From NCBI RefSeq assembly GCF_002854065.1, contig NZ_CP024147.1: 64,000 nucleotides of DNA. The stretch is one strand, 5' to 3'. Of this stretch, positions 42,587 to 53,403 are shown piece after piece (the first letter of the stretch is position 1; each line of letters begins with the position of its first letter). This DNA is from Escherichia coli. Lineage in GTDB: Bacteria; Pseudomonadota; Gammaproteobacteria; Enterobacterales; Enterobacteriaceae. Below the pieces are notes generated by a model. That model worked only from the letters and a program-made list of their open reading frames with translations, was not told the DNA's origin and made no database searches. Both the position numbers and the translations under genes were made by a program.

Positions 42587-43789
42587 GTGACGGCGTTAAA
42601 AGTAGGAAGTGAGAGCTGGTGGCAGTCGAAACATGGCCCGGAATGGCAGCGTCTGAATGACGAAATGTTTGAGGTCACTTTCTGGTGGCGTGATCCCCAA
42701 GGTTCTGAAGAATACTCGACGATAAAGCGCGTATGGGTCTACATCACTGGCGTGACTGATCACCATCAGAACAGCCAGCCCCAGTCGATGCAGCGAATTG
42801 CAGGTACTGATGTCTGGCAGTGGACGACACAACTCAATGCCAACTGGCGCGGCAGCTACTGCTTTATTCCCACCGAACGCGATGACATTTTTTCTGCACC
42901 ATCCCCCGATCGCCTCGAATTACGTGAAGGCTGGCGAAAACTATTACCCCAGGCAATAGCCGATCCGCTGAATCCACAAAGCTGGAAAGGCGGGCGAGGG
43001 CACGCTGTTTCTGCACTCGAAATGCCGCAAGCGCCTCTGCAACCGGGATGGGATTGTCCGCAAGCGCCAGAAATACCAGCCAAAGAAATTATCTGGAAAA
43101 GTGAACGGTTGAAAAATTCACGTCGTGTATGGATTTTTACCACCGGCGATGTAACAGCAGAAGAACGCCCGCTGGCAGTTTTGCTCGATGGCGAATTTTG
43201 GGCGCAAAGTATGCCCGTCTGGCCTGTGCTGACTTCGCTGACCCATCGTCAGCAACTTCCTCCCGCCGTGTATGTGTTGATCGACGCTATCGATACCACG
43301 CACCGCGCCCACGAACTGCCGTGTAATGCGGATTTCTGGCTCGCAGTACAGCAAGAGTTATTACCCCTGGTGAAAGCTATTGCCCCTTTTAGCGATCGTG
43401 CCGATCGCACCGTGGTTGCCGGGCAGAGTTTTGGTGGGCTTTCCGCGCTGTATGCCGGACTGCACTGGCCTGAACGCTTTGGCTGTGTATTAAGCCAGTC
43501 AGGATCGTACTGGTGGCCGCATCGGGGCGGGCAGCAAGAGGGCGTGTTACTTGAAAAGCTAAAAGCTGGTGAAGTTAGCGCCGAAGGTCTGCGCATTGTG
43601 CTGGAAGCGGGTATTCGCGAGCCGATGATCATGCGGGCCAATCAGGCGCTGTATACGCAATTACACCCTATAAAAGAATCCATTTTCTGGCGTCAGGTTG
43701 ACGGCGGACATGATGCGCTTTGTTGGCGCGGTGGCTTGATGCAGGGGCTAATCGACCTCTGGCAACCACTTTTCCATGACAGGAGTTGA
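42587..43789 (+). CDS. fes: Enterochelin esterase Fes
   Basis: 400-aa ORF with esterase GxSxG motif (GQSFGG). Confidence 0.9.
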   Translation: MTALKVGSESWWQSKHGPEWQRLNDEMFEVTFWWRDPQGSEEYSTIKRVWVYITGVTDHHQNSQPQSMQRIAGTDVWQWTTQLNANWRGSYCFIPTERDDIFSAPSPDRLELREGWRKLLPQAIADPLNPQSWKGGRGHAVSALEMPQAPLQPGWDCPQAPEIPAKEIIWKSERLKNSRRVWIFTTGDVTAEERPLAVLLDGEFWAQSMPVWPVLTSLTHRQQLPPAVYVLIDAIDTTHRAHELPCNADFWLAVQQELLPLVKAIAPFSDRADRTVVAGQSFGGLSALYAGLHWPERFGCVLSQSGSYWWPHRGGQQEGVLLEKLKAGEVSAEGLRIVLEAGIREPMIMRANQALYTQLHPIKESIFWRQVDGGHDALCWRGGLMQGLIDLWQPLFHDRS

Positions 43790-43791
43790 AT

Positions 43792-44010
43792 ATGGCATTC
43801 AGTAATCCCTTCGATGATCCGCAGGGAGCGTTTTACATTTTGCGCAATGCGCAGGGGCAATTCAGTCTGTGGCCGCAACAATGCGCCTTACCGGCAGGCT
43901 GGGACATTGTGTGTCAGCCGCAGTCACAAGAGTCCTGCCAGCAGTGGCTTGAAGCCCACTGGCGTACTCTGACACCGGCGAATTTCACCCAGTTGCAGGA
44001 GGCACAATGA
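43792..44010 (+). CDS. ybdZ: MbtH-like protein YbdZ (72 aa)
   Basis: MAFSNPFDDPQGAFYILRNAQGQFSLWPQQCALPAGWD... with MbtH tryptophans. Confidence 0.85.
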   Translation: MAFSNPFDDPQGAFYILRNAQGQFSLWPQQCALPAGWDIVCQPQSQESCQQWLEAHWRTLTPANFTQLQEAQ

Positions 44011-47000
44011 GCCAGCATTTACCTTTGGTCGCCGCACAGCCCGGCATCTGGATGGCAGAAAAACTGTCGGATTTACCCTCCGCCTGGAGCGTGGCGCATT
44101 ACGTTGACTTAACCGGAGAGGTTGATGCGCCATTACTGGCCCGCGCGGTGGTTGCCGGATTAGCGCAAGCAGATACGTTGCGGATGCGTTTTACGGAAGA
44201 TAACGGCGAAGTCTGGCAATGGGTCGATGATGCGCTGATATTCGAACTGCCAGAAATTATCGACCTGCGAACCAATATTGATCCGCACGGTACTGCGCAG
44301 GCATTAATGCAGGCGGATTTGCAACAAGATTTGCGCGTCGATAGCGGTAAACCACTGGTCTTCCATCAGCTGATACAGGTGGCGGATAACCGCTGGTACT
44401 GGTATCAGCGTTATCACCATTTGCTGGTCGATGGCTTCAGTTTCCCGGCCATTACCCGCCAGATCGCCAATATTTACTGTACATGGCTGCGTGGCGAACC
44501 AACGCCTGCTTCGCCGTTTACGCCTTTCGCTGATGTAGTGGAAGAGTACCGGCAATACCGCGAAAGCGAAGCCTGGCAGCGTGATGCGGCATTCTGGGTA
44601 GAACAGCGTCGCCAACTGCCACCGCCCGCGTCACTTTCTCCGGCACCTTTACCGGGGCGTAGCGCCTCGGCAGATATTCTGCGCCTGAAACTGGAATTTA
44701 CCGACGGGGAATTCCGCCAGCTGGCTATGCAATTTTCAGGTGAGCAGCGTACCGATTTAGCTCTTGCGCTGGCGGCTTTGTGGCTGGGGCGATTGTGCAA
44801 TCGCATGGACTACGCTGCCGGATTTATCTTTATGCGTCGACTGGGGTCGGCGGCGCTGACGGCTACCGGACCTGTGCTCAACGTTTTGCCGTTGGGTATT
44901 CACATTGCGGCACAAGAAACGCTGCCGGAACTGGCAACCCGACTGGCGGCTCAACTGAAAAAAATGCGTCGCCATCAACGTTACGATGCCGAACAAATTG
45001 TCCGTGACAGCGGGCGAGCGGCAGGTGATGAACCGCTGTTTGGTCCGGTACTCAATATCAAGGTATTTGATTACCAACTGGATATTCCTGATGTTGAGGC
45101 GCAAACCCATACCCTGGCAACCGGGCCGGTTAATGACCTTGAACTGGCCCTGTTCCCGGATGAACACGGTGATTTGAGTATTGAGATCCTCGCCAATAAA
45201 CAGCGTTACGCTGAGCCAACGTTAATCCAGCATGCTGAACGCCTGAAAATGCTGATCGCCCAATTCGCCGCGGATCCGGCGCTGTTGTGCGGCGATGTCG
45301 ATATTATGCTGCCAGGTGAGTATGCGCAGCTGGCGCAGATCAACGCCACTCAGGTTGAGATTCCAGAAACCACGCTTAGCGCGCTGGTGGCAGAACAAGC
45401 GGCAAAAACACCGGATGCTCCGGCGCTGGCAGATGCGCGTTACCAGTTCAGCTATCGGGAAATGCGCGAGCAGGTGGTGGCGCTGGCGAATCTGCTGCGT
45501 GAGCACGGCGTTAAACCAGGGGACAGCGTGGCGGTGGCATTACCGCGCTCGGTCTTTTTGACCCTGGCGCTACATGCGATTGTTGAAGCCGGTGCGGCCT
45601 GGTTACCGCTGGATACGGGGTATCCGGACGATCGCCTGAAAATGATGCTGGAAGATGCGCGTCCGTCGCTGTTAATCACCACCGACGATCAACTGCCGCG
45701 CTTTGCCGATGTTCCAGATTTAACCAACCTTTGCTATAACGCCCCGCTTACACCGCAGGGCAGTGCGCCGCTGCAATTTTCACAACCGCATCACACGGCT
45801 TATATCATCTTTACCTCTGGCTCCACCGGCAGGCCGAAAGGGGTAATGGTCGGGCAGACGGCTATCGTCAACCGCCTGCTGTGGATGCAAAACCACTACC
45901 CGCTTACAGGCGAAGATGTCGTTGCCCAAAAAACGCCGTGCAGTTTTGATGTCTCGGTGTGGGAGTTTTTCTGGCCGTTTATTGCCGGGGCTAAACTGGT
46001 GATGGCTGAACCGGAAGCGCACCGCGACCCGCTCGCTATGCAGCAATTCTTTGCCGAATATGGCGTAACGACCACGCACTTTGTGCCGTCGATGCTGGCG
46101 GCATTTGTTGCATCGCTGACGCCCGAAACCGCTCGCCAGAGTTGCGCGACGTTGAAACAGGTTTTCTGTAGTGGTGAGGCCTTACCGGCTGATTTATGCC
46201 GCGAATGGCAACAGTTAACCAGCGTGCCGTTGCATAATCTGTATGGTCCAACGGAAGCGGCGGTGGATGTGAGCTGGTATCCGGCTTTTGGCGAGGAACT
46301 GGCACAGGTGCGCGGCAGCAGTGTGCCGATTGGTTATCCGGTGTGGAATACGGGCCTGCGCATTCTCGATGCGATGATGCATCCGGTGCCGCCGGGTGTG
46401 GCGGGAGATCTCTATCTCACCGGTATTCAACTGGCGCAGGGGTATCTTGGACGACCCGATCTGACCGCCAGCCGTTTTATTGCCGATCCTTTTGCCCCAG
46501 GTGAACGGATGTATCGTACCGGAGACGTTGCCCGCTGGCTGGATAACGGCGCGGTGGAGTACCTCGGGCGCAGTGACGATCAGCTAAAAATTCGCGGGCA
46601 GCGTATCGAACTGGGCGAAATCGATCGCGTGATGCAGGCGCTGCCGGATGTCGAACAAGCCGTTACCCACGCCTGTGTGATTAACCAGGCGGCAGCCACC
46701 GGTGGTGATGCGCGTCAGTTGGTGGGCTATCTGGTGTCGCAATCAGGTCTGCCGTTGGATACCAGCGCATTACAGGCACAGCTTCGCGAAACATTGCCGC
46801 CGCATATGGTGCCGGTCGTTCTGCTGCAACTGCCGCAGTTGCCACTTAGCGCCAACGGCAAGCTGGATCGCAAAGCCTTACCGTTGCCTGAACTTAAGGC
46901 ACAAACGCCGGGGCGTGCGCCGAAAGCGGGCAGTGAAACGATTATCGCTGCGGCATTCGCGTCGTTGCTGGGTTGTGACGTGCAGGATGCCGATGCTGAT

Positions 47001-47888
47001 TTCTTCGCGCTTGGCGGTCATTCGCTACTGGCAATGAAACTGGCAGCGCAGTTAAGTCGACAGTTTGCTCGTCAGGTAACGCCGGGGCAGGTGATGGTCG
47101 CGTCAACTGTCGCCAAACTGGCAACGATTATTGATGGTGAAGAGGACAGCGCCCGGCGCATGGGATTCGAAACCATTCTGCCGTTGCGTGAAGGTAATGG
47201 CCCGACGCTGTTTTGTTTCCACCCGGCATCCGGTTTTGCCTGGCAGTTCAGCGTGCTCTCGCGTTATCTCGATCCACTATGGTCGATTATCGGCATTCAG
47301 TCGCCGCGCCCTCATGGCCCCATGCAGACAGCGACGAACCTGGATGAAGTCTGCGAAGCGCATCTGGCAACGTTACTTGAACAACAACCGCACGGCCCTT
47401 ATTACCTGCTGGGGTATTCCCTTGGCGGTACGCTGGCGCAGGGCATTGCGGCGCGACTACGTGCCCGTGGCGAACAGGTGGCATTTCTTGGCTTGCTGGA
47501 TACCTGGCCGCCAGAAACGCAAAACTGGCAGGAAAAAGAAGCTAATGGTCTGGACCCGGAAGTGCTGGCGGAGATTAACCGCGAGCGCGAGGCCTTCCTG
47601 GCGGCACAGCAGGGAAGTACTTCAACGGAGTTGTTTACCACCATTGAAGGCAACTACGCTGATGCTGTGCGCCTGCTGACGACTGCTCATAGCGTACCGT
47701 TTGACGGTAAAGCGACGTTGTTTGTTGCTGAACGCACGCTTCAGGGAGGTATGAGTCCTGAACGCGCCTGGTCGCCGTGGATTGCGGAGCTGGATATCTA
47801 TCGTCAGGATTGTGCGCATGTGGATATTATCTCTCCAGGGGCATTTGAAAAAATTGGGCCGATTATTCGCGCAACGCTAAACAGATAA
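44007..47888 (+). CDS. entF: Enterobactin NRPS EntF (C-A-PCP-TE, 1293 aa)
   Basis: 1293 aa; condensation HHxxxDG (HHLLVDG), adenylation core motifs (FTSGSTGRPKG, YRTGD), PCP GGHSL, thioesterase GYSLGG. Confidence 0.95.
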   Translation: MSQHLPLVAAQPGIWMAEKLSDLPSAWSVAHYVDLTGEVDAPLLARAVVAGLAQADTLRMRFTEDNGEVWQWVDDALIFELPEIIDLRTNIDPHGTAQALMQADLQQDLRVDSGKPLVFHQLIQVADNRWYWYQRYHHLLVDGFSFPAITRQIANIYCTWLRGEPTPASPFTPFADVVEEYRQYRESEAWQRDAAFWVEQRRQLPPPASLSPAPLPGRSASADILRLKLEFTDGEFRQLAMQFSGEQRTDLALALAALWLGRLCNRMDYAAGFIFMRRLGSAALTATGPVLNVLPLGIHIAAQETLPELATRLAAQLKKMRRHQRYDAEQIVRDSGRAAGDEPLFGPVLNIKVFDYQLDIPDVEAQTHTLATGPVNDLELALFPDEHGDLSIEILANKQRYAEPTLIQHAERLKMLIAQFAADPALLCGDVDIMLPGEYAQLAQINATQVEIPETTLSALVAEQAAKTPDAPALADARYQFSYREMREQVVALANLLREHGVKPGDSVAVALPRSVFLTLALHAIVEAGAAWLPLDTGYPDDRLKMMLEDARPSLLITTDDQLPRFADVPDLTNLCYNAPLTPQGSAPLQFSQPHHTAYIIFTSGSTGRPKGVMVGQTAIVNRLLWMQNHYPLTGEDVVAQKTPCSFDVSVWEFFWPFIAGAKLVMAEPEAHRDPLAMQQFFAEYGVTTTHFVPSMLAAFVASLTPETARQSCATLKQVFCSGEALPADLCREWQQLTSVPLHNLYGPTEAAVDVSWYPAFGEELAQVRGSSVPIGYPVWNTGLRILDAMMHPVPPGVAGDLYLTGIQLAQGYLGRPDLTASRFIADPFAPGERMYRTGDVARWLDNGAVEYLGRSDDQLKIRGQRIELGEIDRVMQALPDVEQAVTHACVINQAAATGGDARQLVGYLVSQSGLPLDTSALQAQLRETLPPHMVPVVLLQLPQLPLSANGKLDRKALPLPELKAQTPGRAPKAGSETIIAAAFASLLGCDVQDADADFFALGGHSLLAMKLAAQLSRQFARQVTPGQVMVASTVAKLATIIDGEEDSARRMGFETILPLREGNGPTLFCFHPASGFAWQFSVLSRYLDPLWSIIGIQSPRPHGPMQTATNLDEVCEAHLATLLEQQPHGPYYLLGYSLGGTLAQGIAARLRARGEQVAFLGLLDTWPPETQNWQEKEANGLDPEVLAEINREREAFLAAQQGSTSTELFTTIEGNYADAVRLLTTAHSVPFDGKATLFVAERTLQGGMSPERAWSPWIAELDIYRQDCAHVDIISPGAFEKIGPIIRATLNR

Positions 47889-47903
47889 ATTAACATTATC
47901 TAT

Positions 47904-47947
47904 AAACCCATAATTGCAGGAAATAATTATGGGTTTATCATTTATTT
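47904..47947 (+). terminator. Rho-independent terminator after entF
   Basis: 12-bp perfect stem AAACCCATAATT...AATTATGGGTTT followed by T-rich tract. Confidence 0.55.
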
Positions 47948-48103
47948 AATTTATAAGGTTGCTGGTTATTTTTCTTAAATAGAGTGAATGTTGCATTCAG
48001 TGGAATGAATTTACAAACTTCAGCTTCGGATAATTCTCACCAACTGGTAAAGTGAGCGCCGTGGAGATTTCCCCCTATTGGACTCATTTTCAGGTTATAC
48101 CCC

Positions 48104-49237
48104 ATGTCATCACTGAATATTAAACAGGGAAGTGACGCTCATTTTCCCGATTATCCTCTGGCGTCGCCCAGTAATAATGAAATTGATTTACTTAATCTAA
48201 TCTCAGTTTTATGGCGGGCCAAAAAAACGGTCATGGCGGTCGTTTTTGCGTTTGCCTGTGCAGTCTTGCTGATCTCTTTCATCCTGCCGCAAAAATGGAC
48301 CAGCGCGGCGGTTGTCACGCCTCCAGAACCTGTTCAGTGGCAAGAGTTGGAGAAAACATTCACTAAGCTTCGTGTGCTGGATCTGGATATCAAAATTGAT
48401 CGTACAGAAGCATTTAACCTGTTTATCAAGAAGTTTCAGTCGGTTAGCTTGCTGGAAGAGTACCTGCGTTCATCACCTTATGTGATGGACCAATTAAAAG
48501 AGGCGAAAATCGACGAACTGGATTTGCATCGCGCAATTGTCGCATTGAGCGAAAAAATGAAAGCGGTTGATGACAATGCCAGTAAGAAAAAAGATGAACC
48601 GTCACTGTATACCTCCTGGACGCTAAGTTTTACCGCGCCAACCAGTGAAGAGGCGCAGACCGTTTTGAGCGGGTATATCGATTATATCTCTGCGTTGGTG
48701 GTGAAAGAGTCGATAGAAAACGTCCGTAATAAACTGGAGATCAAAACCCAGTTTGAAAAAGAAAAACTGGCTCAGGACCGCATTAAAATGAAAAATCAAC
48801 TTGATGCAAACATTCAGCGCCTCAATTATTCACTCGACATTGCCAACGCGGCAGGAATTAAAAAGCCCGTTTACAGTAATGGTCAGGCCGTTAAAGATGA
48901 CCCCGATTTCTCTATTTCTCTCGGCGCAGACGGTATTGAACGCAAACTGGAAATTGAAAAAGCGGTCACTGACGTTGCGGAACTGAACGGTGAATTACGT
49001 AATCGTCAGTATCTTGTTGAGCAGTTAACAAAAGCAAATATCAACGATGTGAATTTTACGCCGTTTAAATATCAGTTAAGCCCGTCATTGCCAGTGAAAA
49101 AAGACGGTCCGGGTAAGGCGATTATTGTGATCCTTTCCGCGCTGATCGGCGGGATGGTGGCTTGTGGTAGCGTGTTATTGCGCTATGCGATGGCATCCAG
49201 AAAACAGGATGCCATGATGGCAGACCACTTAGTTTAA
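48104..49237 (+). CDS. fepE: Polysaccharide co-polymerase FepE (O-antigen very-long-chain length regulator, 377 aa)
   Basis: Wzz-type topology: N- and C-terminal TM segments with periplasmic coiled-coil. Confidence 0.9.
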   Translation: MSSLNIKQGSDAHFPDYPLASPSNNEIDLLNLISVLWRAKKTVMAVVFAFACAVLLISFILPQKWTSAAVVTPPEPVQWQELEKTFTKLRVLDLDIKIDRTEAFNLFIKKFQSVSLLEEYLRSSPYVMDQLKEAKIDELDLHRAIVALSEKMKAVDDNASKKKDEPSLYTSWTLSFTAPTSEEAQTVLSGYIDYISALVVKESIENVRNKLEIKTQFEKEKLAQDRIKMKNQLDANIQRLNYSLDIANAAGIKKPVYSNGQAVKDDPDFSISLGADGIERKLEIEKAVTDVAELNGELRNRQYLVEQLTKANINDVNFTPFKYQLSPSLPVKKDGPGKAIIVILSALIGGMVACGSVLLRYAMASRKQDAMMADHLV

Positions 49238-50049
49238 CTATTTGCGGTTGAAGGTGCCGTTCGTCCGAGCGGCACCACGAGCGGCGTTCCGGCTACCGGA
49301 TCGTCAATGATCATGCAGCGGAGACCATAAATGCGCTCAATCAGTTCAGCAGTGACAATCTCCTTCGGCGCTCCCTGAGCAACAATTTTCCCTTCTCGCA
49401 ATGCAATCAAATGGCTGGCGTAACGACAGGCCTGATTAAGATCGTGCAGCACCGCCGCCAGGGTATAGCCTTTCTCGCGGTTCAGTTCGCTTAACAGTTC
49501 CAGCAAATCAATCTGATGACTGATATCCAGCCAGGTCGTGGGTTCGTCGAGCAGCATAATTGCCGTTTCCTGGGCCAGCACCATCGCGATCCACGCTCGC
49601 TGGCGTTGCCCACCGGAAAGGGTATCCACGCTTTGATCTGCAAGATGAGTTATTCCCGTGGCCTGCATCGCTTTCGTTACCGCCTCTTCATCTTCTTTGC
49701 GCCAACGGGTAAACAGCGGTTGATGCGGATAACGCCCACGCGCCACCAGCTCCTGCACGGTGATATCGCCCGGCGTGGTAGCATTTTGCGCCAACAGACC
49801 AATCCGGCGTGCAACTTCTTTACTGGCGTAATGTTGAATGTGCTCGCCATCCAGCCAGACATGCCCGTGAGTAGGCGTCATCAGGCGGCTTAAGGTACGC
49901 AGCAACGTGGATTTACCGCAGCCATTTGGCCCGATAATTGCCGTGAAGTGACCATCAGGTATTTCTACAGTCAGATTTTCCGCAACGGTATATTTGCCAT
50001 ATCCCAGGGTTAACTGTTCGCCGCGCAAACGGGCTACTGATTCGGTCAT
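49234..50049 (-). CDS. fepC: Ferric enterobactin ABC transporter ATPase FepC (271 aa)
   Basis: From MTESVARLRGEQLTLGYGKYTV...; Walker A GPNGCGKST, signature LSGGQ. Confidence 0.9.
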   Translation of the reverse strand: MTESVARLRGEQLTLGYGKYTVAENLTVEIPDGHFTAIIGPNGCGKSTLLRTLSRLMTPTHGHVWLDGEHIQHYASKEVARRIGLLAQNATTPGDITVQELVARGRYPHQPLFTRWRKEDEEAVTKAMQATGITHLADQSVDTLSGGQRQRAWIAMVLAQETAIMLLDEPTTWLDISHQIDLLELLSELNREKGYTLAAVLHDLNQACRYASHLIALREGKIVAQGAPKEIVTAELIERIYGLRCMIIDDPVAGTPLVVPLGRTAPSTANS

Positions 50050-51038
50050 TTTTTGCGAGACTCCTGAATTAACAAGACGATAAGGTAAATACCGCCGAGG
50101 CTGACGGTAACGACGCCAACCGGAAGTTGATACGGCATAAACAGTTGTTGGGCGCAGAGATCGGCCGCCAGCAGTAACAACGCCCCGCACAGCGCCGCCT
50201 GGGTTAGCCCCCAGCGAGCGGTGCCGCTAATGCGTCGGGCAATGTGCGGCGCGACTAAAGCAATAAAGGAAATCGGCCCGGCAAGCGCTGTTGCCGCAGC
50301 GGTAAGCACCACTGCAACCAGCATCATTAACAGACGCGAACGTTCGACGCTGACGCCCAGCGCACACGCGGTATCATCGCCCATTTCCAGCAAGCGCATC
50401 CGGCGTACCAGTAAGGCGGCGGCAATTAGCATCAATATAATGATGGGTGCGGAAGGCGAGGTTTTTGCCCACGTCAGGCCGTTGAGCGATCCGGCATTCC
50501 ACAAACCTGCTGTTAGCGCCGTTTCTAAAGACGCTTTCAGCAACAGCCAGGTATTAAAGGCCACCAGCATGGCGCGAACGCCGATACCGATAATAATCAA
50601 CCGAAAGGTGTCGATACCGTTACGCCAGGCGAGCAGCCAGACCAACAGCGAAGTGATAATGCCGCCCACCATTGCTGCCAGCGCGATAGCCGTCAGGTCC
50701 TGACCAAACAGCACCATCGCCACCAGCACGCCGCTCCACGCCCCGGTGTTAAAACCCATTACGTCAGGGCTGCCGAGCGGGTTACGCATCAGCGACTGAA
50801 AAATCGCGCCACTGACGCCCAGTGCTGCGCCAATCAACAGCGCCATCAGCACGCGTGGTAAACGCCATTCGGTGACCACCATCGTCATACTGCGCGGCGC
50901 ATCGCCCATCAGCGCGGCGAATACCTGCGAGGTTTCCAGCGTGACGGCACCGCTGCGTAATCCCCAGATACCTGCAACCACACAGGCGGAAATCAGCAGC
51001 AAACAGGTGATGAGTAATCGGCGAGAGACGTAAATCAT
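50046..51038 (-). CDS. fepG: Ferric enterobactin ABC permease FepG (330 aa)
   Basis: FecCD-family permease; ATGA overlap with fepC. Confidence 0.9.
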   Translation of the reverse strand: MIYVSRRLLITCLLLISACVVAGIWGLRSGAVTLETSQVFAALMGDAPRSMTMVVTEWRLPRVLMALLIGAALGVSGAIFQSLMRNPLGSPDVMGFNTGAWSGVLVAMVLFGQDLTAIALAAMVGGIITSLLVWLLAWRNGIDTFRLIIIGIGVRAMLVAFNTWLLLKASLETALTAGLWNAGSLNGLTWAKTSPSAPIIILMLIAAALLVRRMRLLEMGDDTACALGVSVERSRLLMMLVAVVLTAAATALAGPISFIALVAPHIARRISGTARWGLTQAALCGALLLLAADLCAQQLFMPYQLPVGVVTVSLGGIYLIVLLIQESRKK

Positions 51039-52039
51039 GCACCACCTCGCGTTTTACGTCGCACGAGGAAGATCAGCACCGGTGCACCAATAAACGCACT
51101 GACCACAGAAACGCGCAGTTCACCGGGCACAATCACCCGCCCGATGATATCGGCAAACAGCAGCAGGGCAGGGGTAGCAAGTAGCGTGACGGGCAGCGAC
51201 CAGCGATGATCGGCACCCACCAGCCAACGCGCCATATGCGGCATCATCAGGCCAATAAAGGCAATCGGGCCAACTACCGCCGTCGCACTACCACAAAGCA
51301 CGGTAATCGCCAGCAGACCAATCAACTGTGTGCGCGCCACGCGACTGCCCAGCGCCGTCGCGGTGTCACTGCCGAGGCTCAAACTGTTCAGCGCGCGGCT
51401 CAGTAATAGCGCGGTTGCTCCGGCGATCAGCACCGGGATCAGCACCACTTTTAAGGTATGTAGATTGCGAATATCCAGCGAACCGGCTTGCCAGAAACGC
51501 AGTTGATCGTAGACGTCAGGATTAAGCAGGGCGATGCCGCTGGTCAGCCCTTCCAGCACCGCCGCCAGCGCCACGCCCGCCAGGGTTAAACGCACCGGAC
51601 TTAACTGCCCGCCGCCCTGGCTGCCGGTAAAGGCAACAATCAATGAGGCCACCAGCGCCCCGGCGAAGGCCATCGCCAGTTGTTCCTGTGCGGAAGAGTA
51701 ACCAAACAGCGCCGCACCCAGCACAATGGCAAAGCTGGCTCCGGCGTTCACGCCAAGCAAGCCGGGGTCGGCAAGTGGGTTTCGGGTGAGGGTTTGCATT
51801 AACGCCCCGGCAAGGCCAAGCGCGCCGCCTGCCAGTAAACCGGCAAGGGTACGCGGCAGCCGCGCGTCGAGCACGATGGTGCAGTCGGCGCTCTGGCAGG
51901 TGCCGGAGAAGGCCTCCAGCACTACGGAAGCGGGGAGTGATTTTGCCCCAATGAGCAGACTTAATGCCGTCGCGATAATCAGTAATAACAGCAATCCGGG
52001 CACGGCAATGGCGCGTGTCACGGCAACAGAACCAGACAT
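51035..52039 (-). CDS. fepD: Ferric enterobactin ABC permease FepD (334 aa)
   Basis: From MSGSVAVTRAIAVPGLLLLL...; FecCD family. Confidence 0.9.
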   Translation of the reverse strand: MSGSVAVTRAIAVPGLLLLLIIATALSLLIGAKSLPASVVLEAFSGTCQSADCTIVLDARLPRTLAGLLAGGALGLAGALMQTLTRNPLADPGLLGVNAGASFAIVLGAALFGYSSAQEQLAMAFAGALVASLIVAFTGSQGGGQLSPVRLTLAGVALAAVLEGLTSGIALLNPDVYDQLRFWQAGSLDIRNLHTLKVVLIPVLIAGATALLLSRALNSLSLGSDTATALGSRVARTQLIGLLAITVLCGSATAVVGPIAFIGLMMPHMARWLVGADHRWSLPVTLLATPALLLFADIIGRVIVPGELRVSVVSAFIGAPVLIFLVRRKTRGGA

Positions 52040-52047
52040 ACGAACTT

Positions 52048-52078
52048 CCATGATAATGAAATTAATTATCGTTATCGA
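52048..52078. promoter_or_regulatory. Fur box in the divergent fepD / entS promoter region
   Basis: GATAATGAAATTAATTATCGTTATC. Confidence 0.55.
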
Positions 52079-52149
52079 TCTTATTTGGATATGTTAGCAT
52101 GTGCAGCCTAAGAATAGGTATTTAAAATATTTGATGGCAAGGCATTGTA

Positions 52150-53400
52150 ATGAATAAACAATCCTGGCTGCTTAACCTCAGCCTGTTGAAAACGCACCCG
52201 GCGTTTCGCGCAGTATTCCTCGCTCGTTTCATCTCTATTGTTTCTCTGGGTTTGCTCGGCGTCGCGGTGCCGGTGCAGATCCAGATGATGACACATTCCA
52301 CCTGGCAGGTGGGGCTTTCGGTGACGCTGACCGGCGGCGCGATGTTTGTTGGCCTGATGGTCGGCGGTGTGCTGGCGGATCGCTATGAGCGCAAAAAAGT
52401 GATTTTGCTGGCGCGCGGCATCTGTGGCATTGGCTTCATTGGACTGTGCCTGAACGCGCTGCTGCCGGAGCCGTCATTGCTGGCAATCTATTTACTTGGT
52501 TTATGGGATGGTTTTTTCGCATCGCTTGGCGTTACGGCGCTATTGGCGGCGACACCTGCACTGGTAGGGCGTGAAAACTTAATGCAGGCCGGGGCGATCA
52601 CCATGTTGACCGTGCGTCTGGGGTCGGTGATTTCGCCCATGATTGGCGGTTTACTGCTGGCGACTGGCGGTGTGGCCTGGAACTACGGACTGGCGGCGGC
52701 GGGCACGTTTATTACCTTGCTACCGTTGTTAAGCCTTCCGGCACTGCCACCGCCACCGCAGCCGCGTGAGCATCCGTTGAAATCATTACTGGCAGGATTT
52801 CGTTTTCTGCTCGCCAGCCCGCTGGTGGGAGGGATTGCGCTGCTGGGTGGTTTATTGACGATGGCGAGTGCGGTGCGGGTACTGTATCCGGCGCTGGCTG
52901 ACAACTGGCAGATGTCAGCGGCACAGATTGGTTTTCTCTACGCGGCGATCCCGCTCGGCGCGGCTATTGGTGCGTTAACCAGCGGGAAGCTGGCACATAG
53001 TGCGCGACCAGGGTTATTGATGCTGCTCTCCACGCTGGGATCGTTCCTCGCCATTGGTCTGTTTGGCCTGATGCCGATGTGGATTTTAGGCGTGGTTTGT
53101 CTGGCGCTGTTCGGCTGGCTGAGCGCGGTTAGTTCGTTGCTGCAATATACAATGCTGCAAACGCAAACTCCGGAAGCGATGTTAGGGCGGATTAACGGTT
53201 TGTGGACGGCGCAGAACGTGACGGGCGATGCCATAGGCGCAGCGCTGCTGGGCGGTTTGGGAGCGATGATGACACCGGTTGCTTCCGCAAGCGCGAGCGG
53301 TTTTGGTTTGTTGATTATCGGCGTGTTGTTATTGCTGGTGCTGGTGGAGTTGCGACGTTTTCGCCAGACGCCGCCGCAGGTGACAGCGTCTGACGGTTAA
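52150..53400 (+). CDS. entS: Enterobactin exporter EntS (MFS, 416 aa)
   Basis: 12-TM MFS protein [27 protein letters not shown]... Confidence 0.9.
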   Translation: MNKQSWLLNLSLLKTHPAFRAVFLARFISIVSLGLLGVAVPVQIQMMTHSTWQVGLSVTLTGGAMFVGLMVGGVLADRYERKKVILLARGICGIGFIGLCLNALLPEPSLLAIYLLGLWDGFFASLGVTALLAATPALVGRENLMQAGAITMLTVRLGSVISPMIGGLLLATGGVAWNYGLAAAGTFITLLPLLSLPALPPPPQPREHPLKSLLAGFRFLLASPLVGGIALLGGLLTMASAVRVLYPALADNWQMSAAQIGFLYAAIPLGAAIGALTSGKLAHSARPGLLMLLSTLGSFLAIGLFGLMPMWILGVVCLALFGWLSAVSSLLQYTMLQTQTPEAMLGRINGLWTAQNVTGDAIGAALLGGLGAMMTPVASASASGFGLLIIGVLLLLVLVELRRFRQTPPQVTASDG

Positions 53401-53403
53401 TGC

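Noticed and set aside
44304-47819. Numerous short ORFs on both strands within entF
   Set aside because: All lie inside the continuous 1293-aa NRPS ORF with clear C-A-PCP-TE motifs; antisense and off-frame artefacts.
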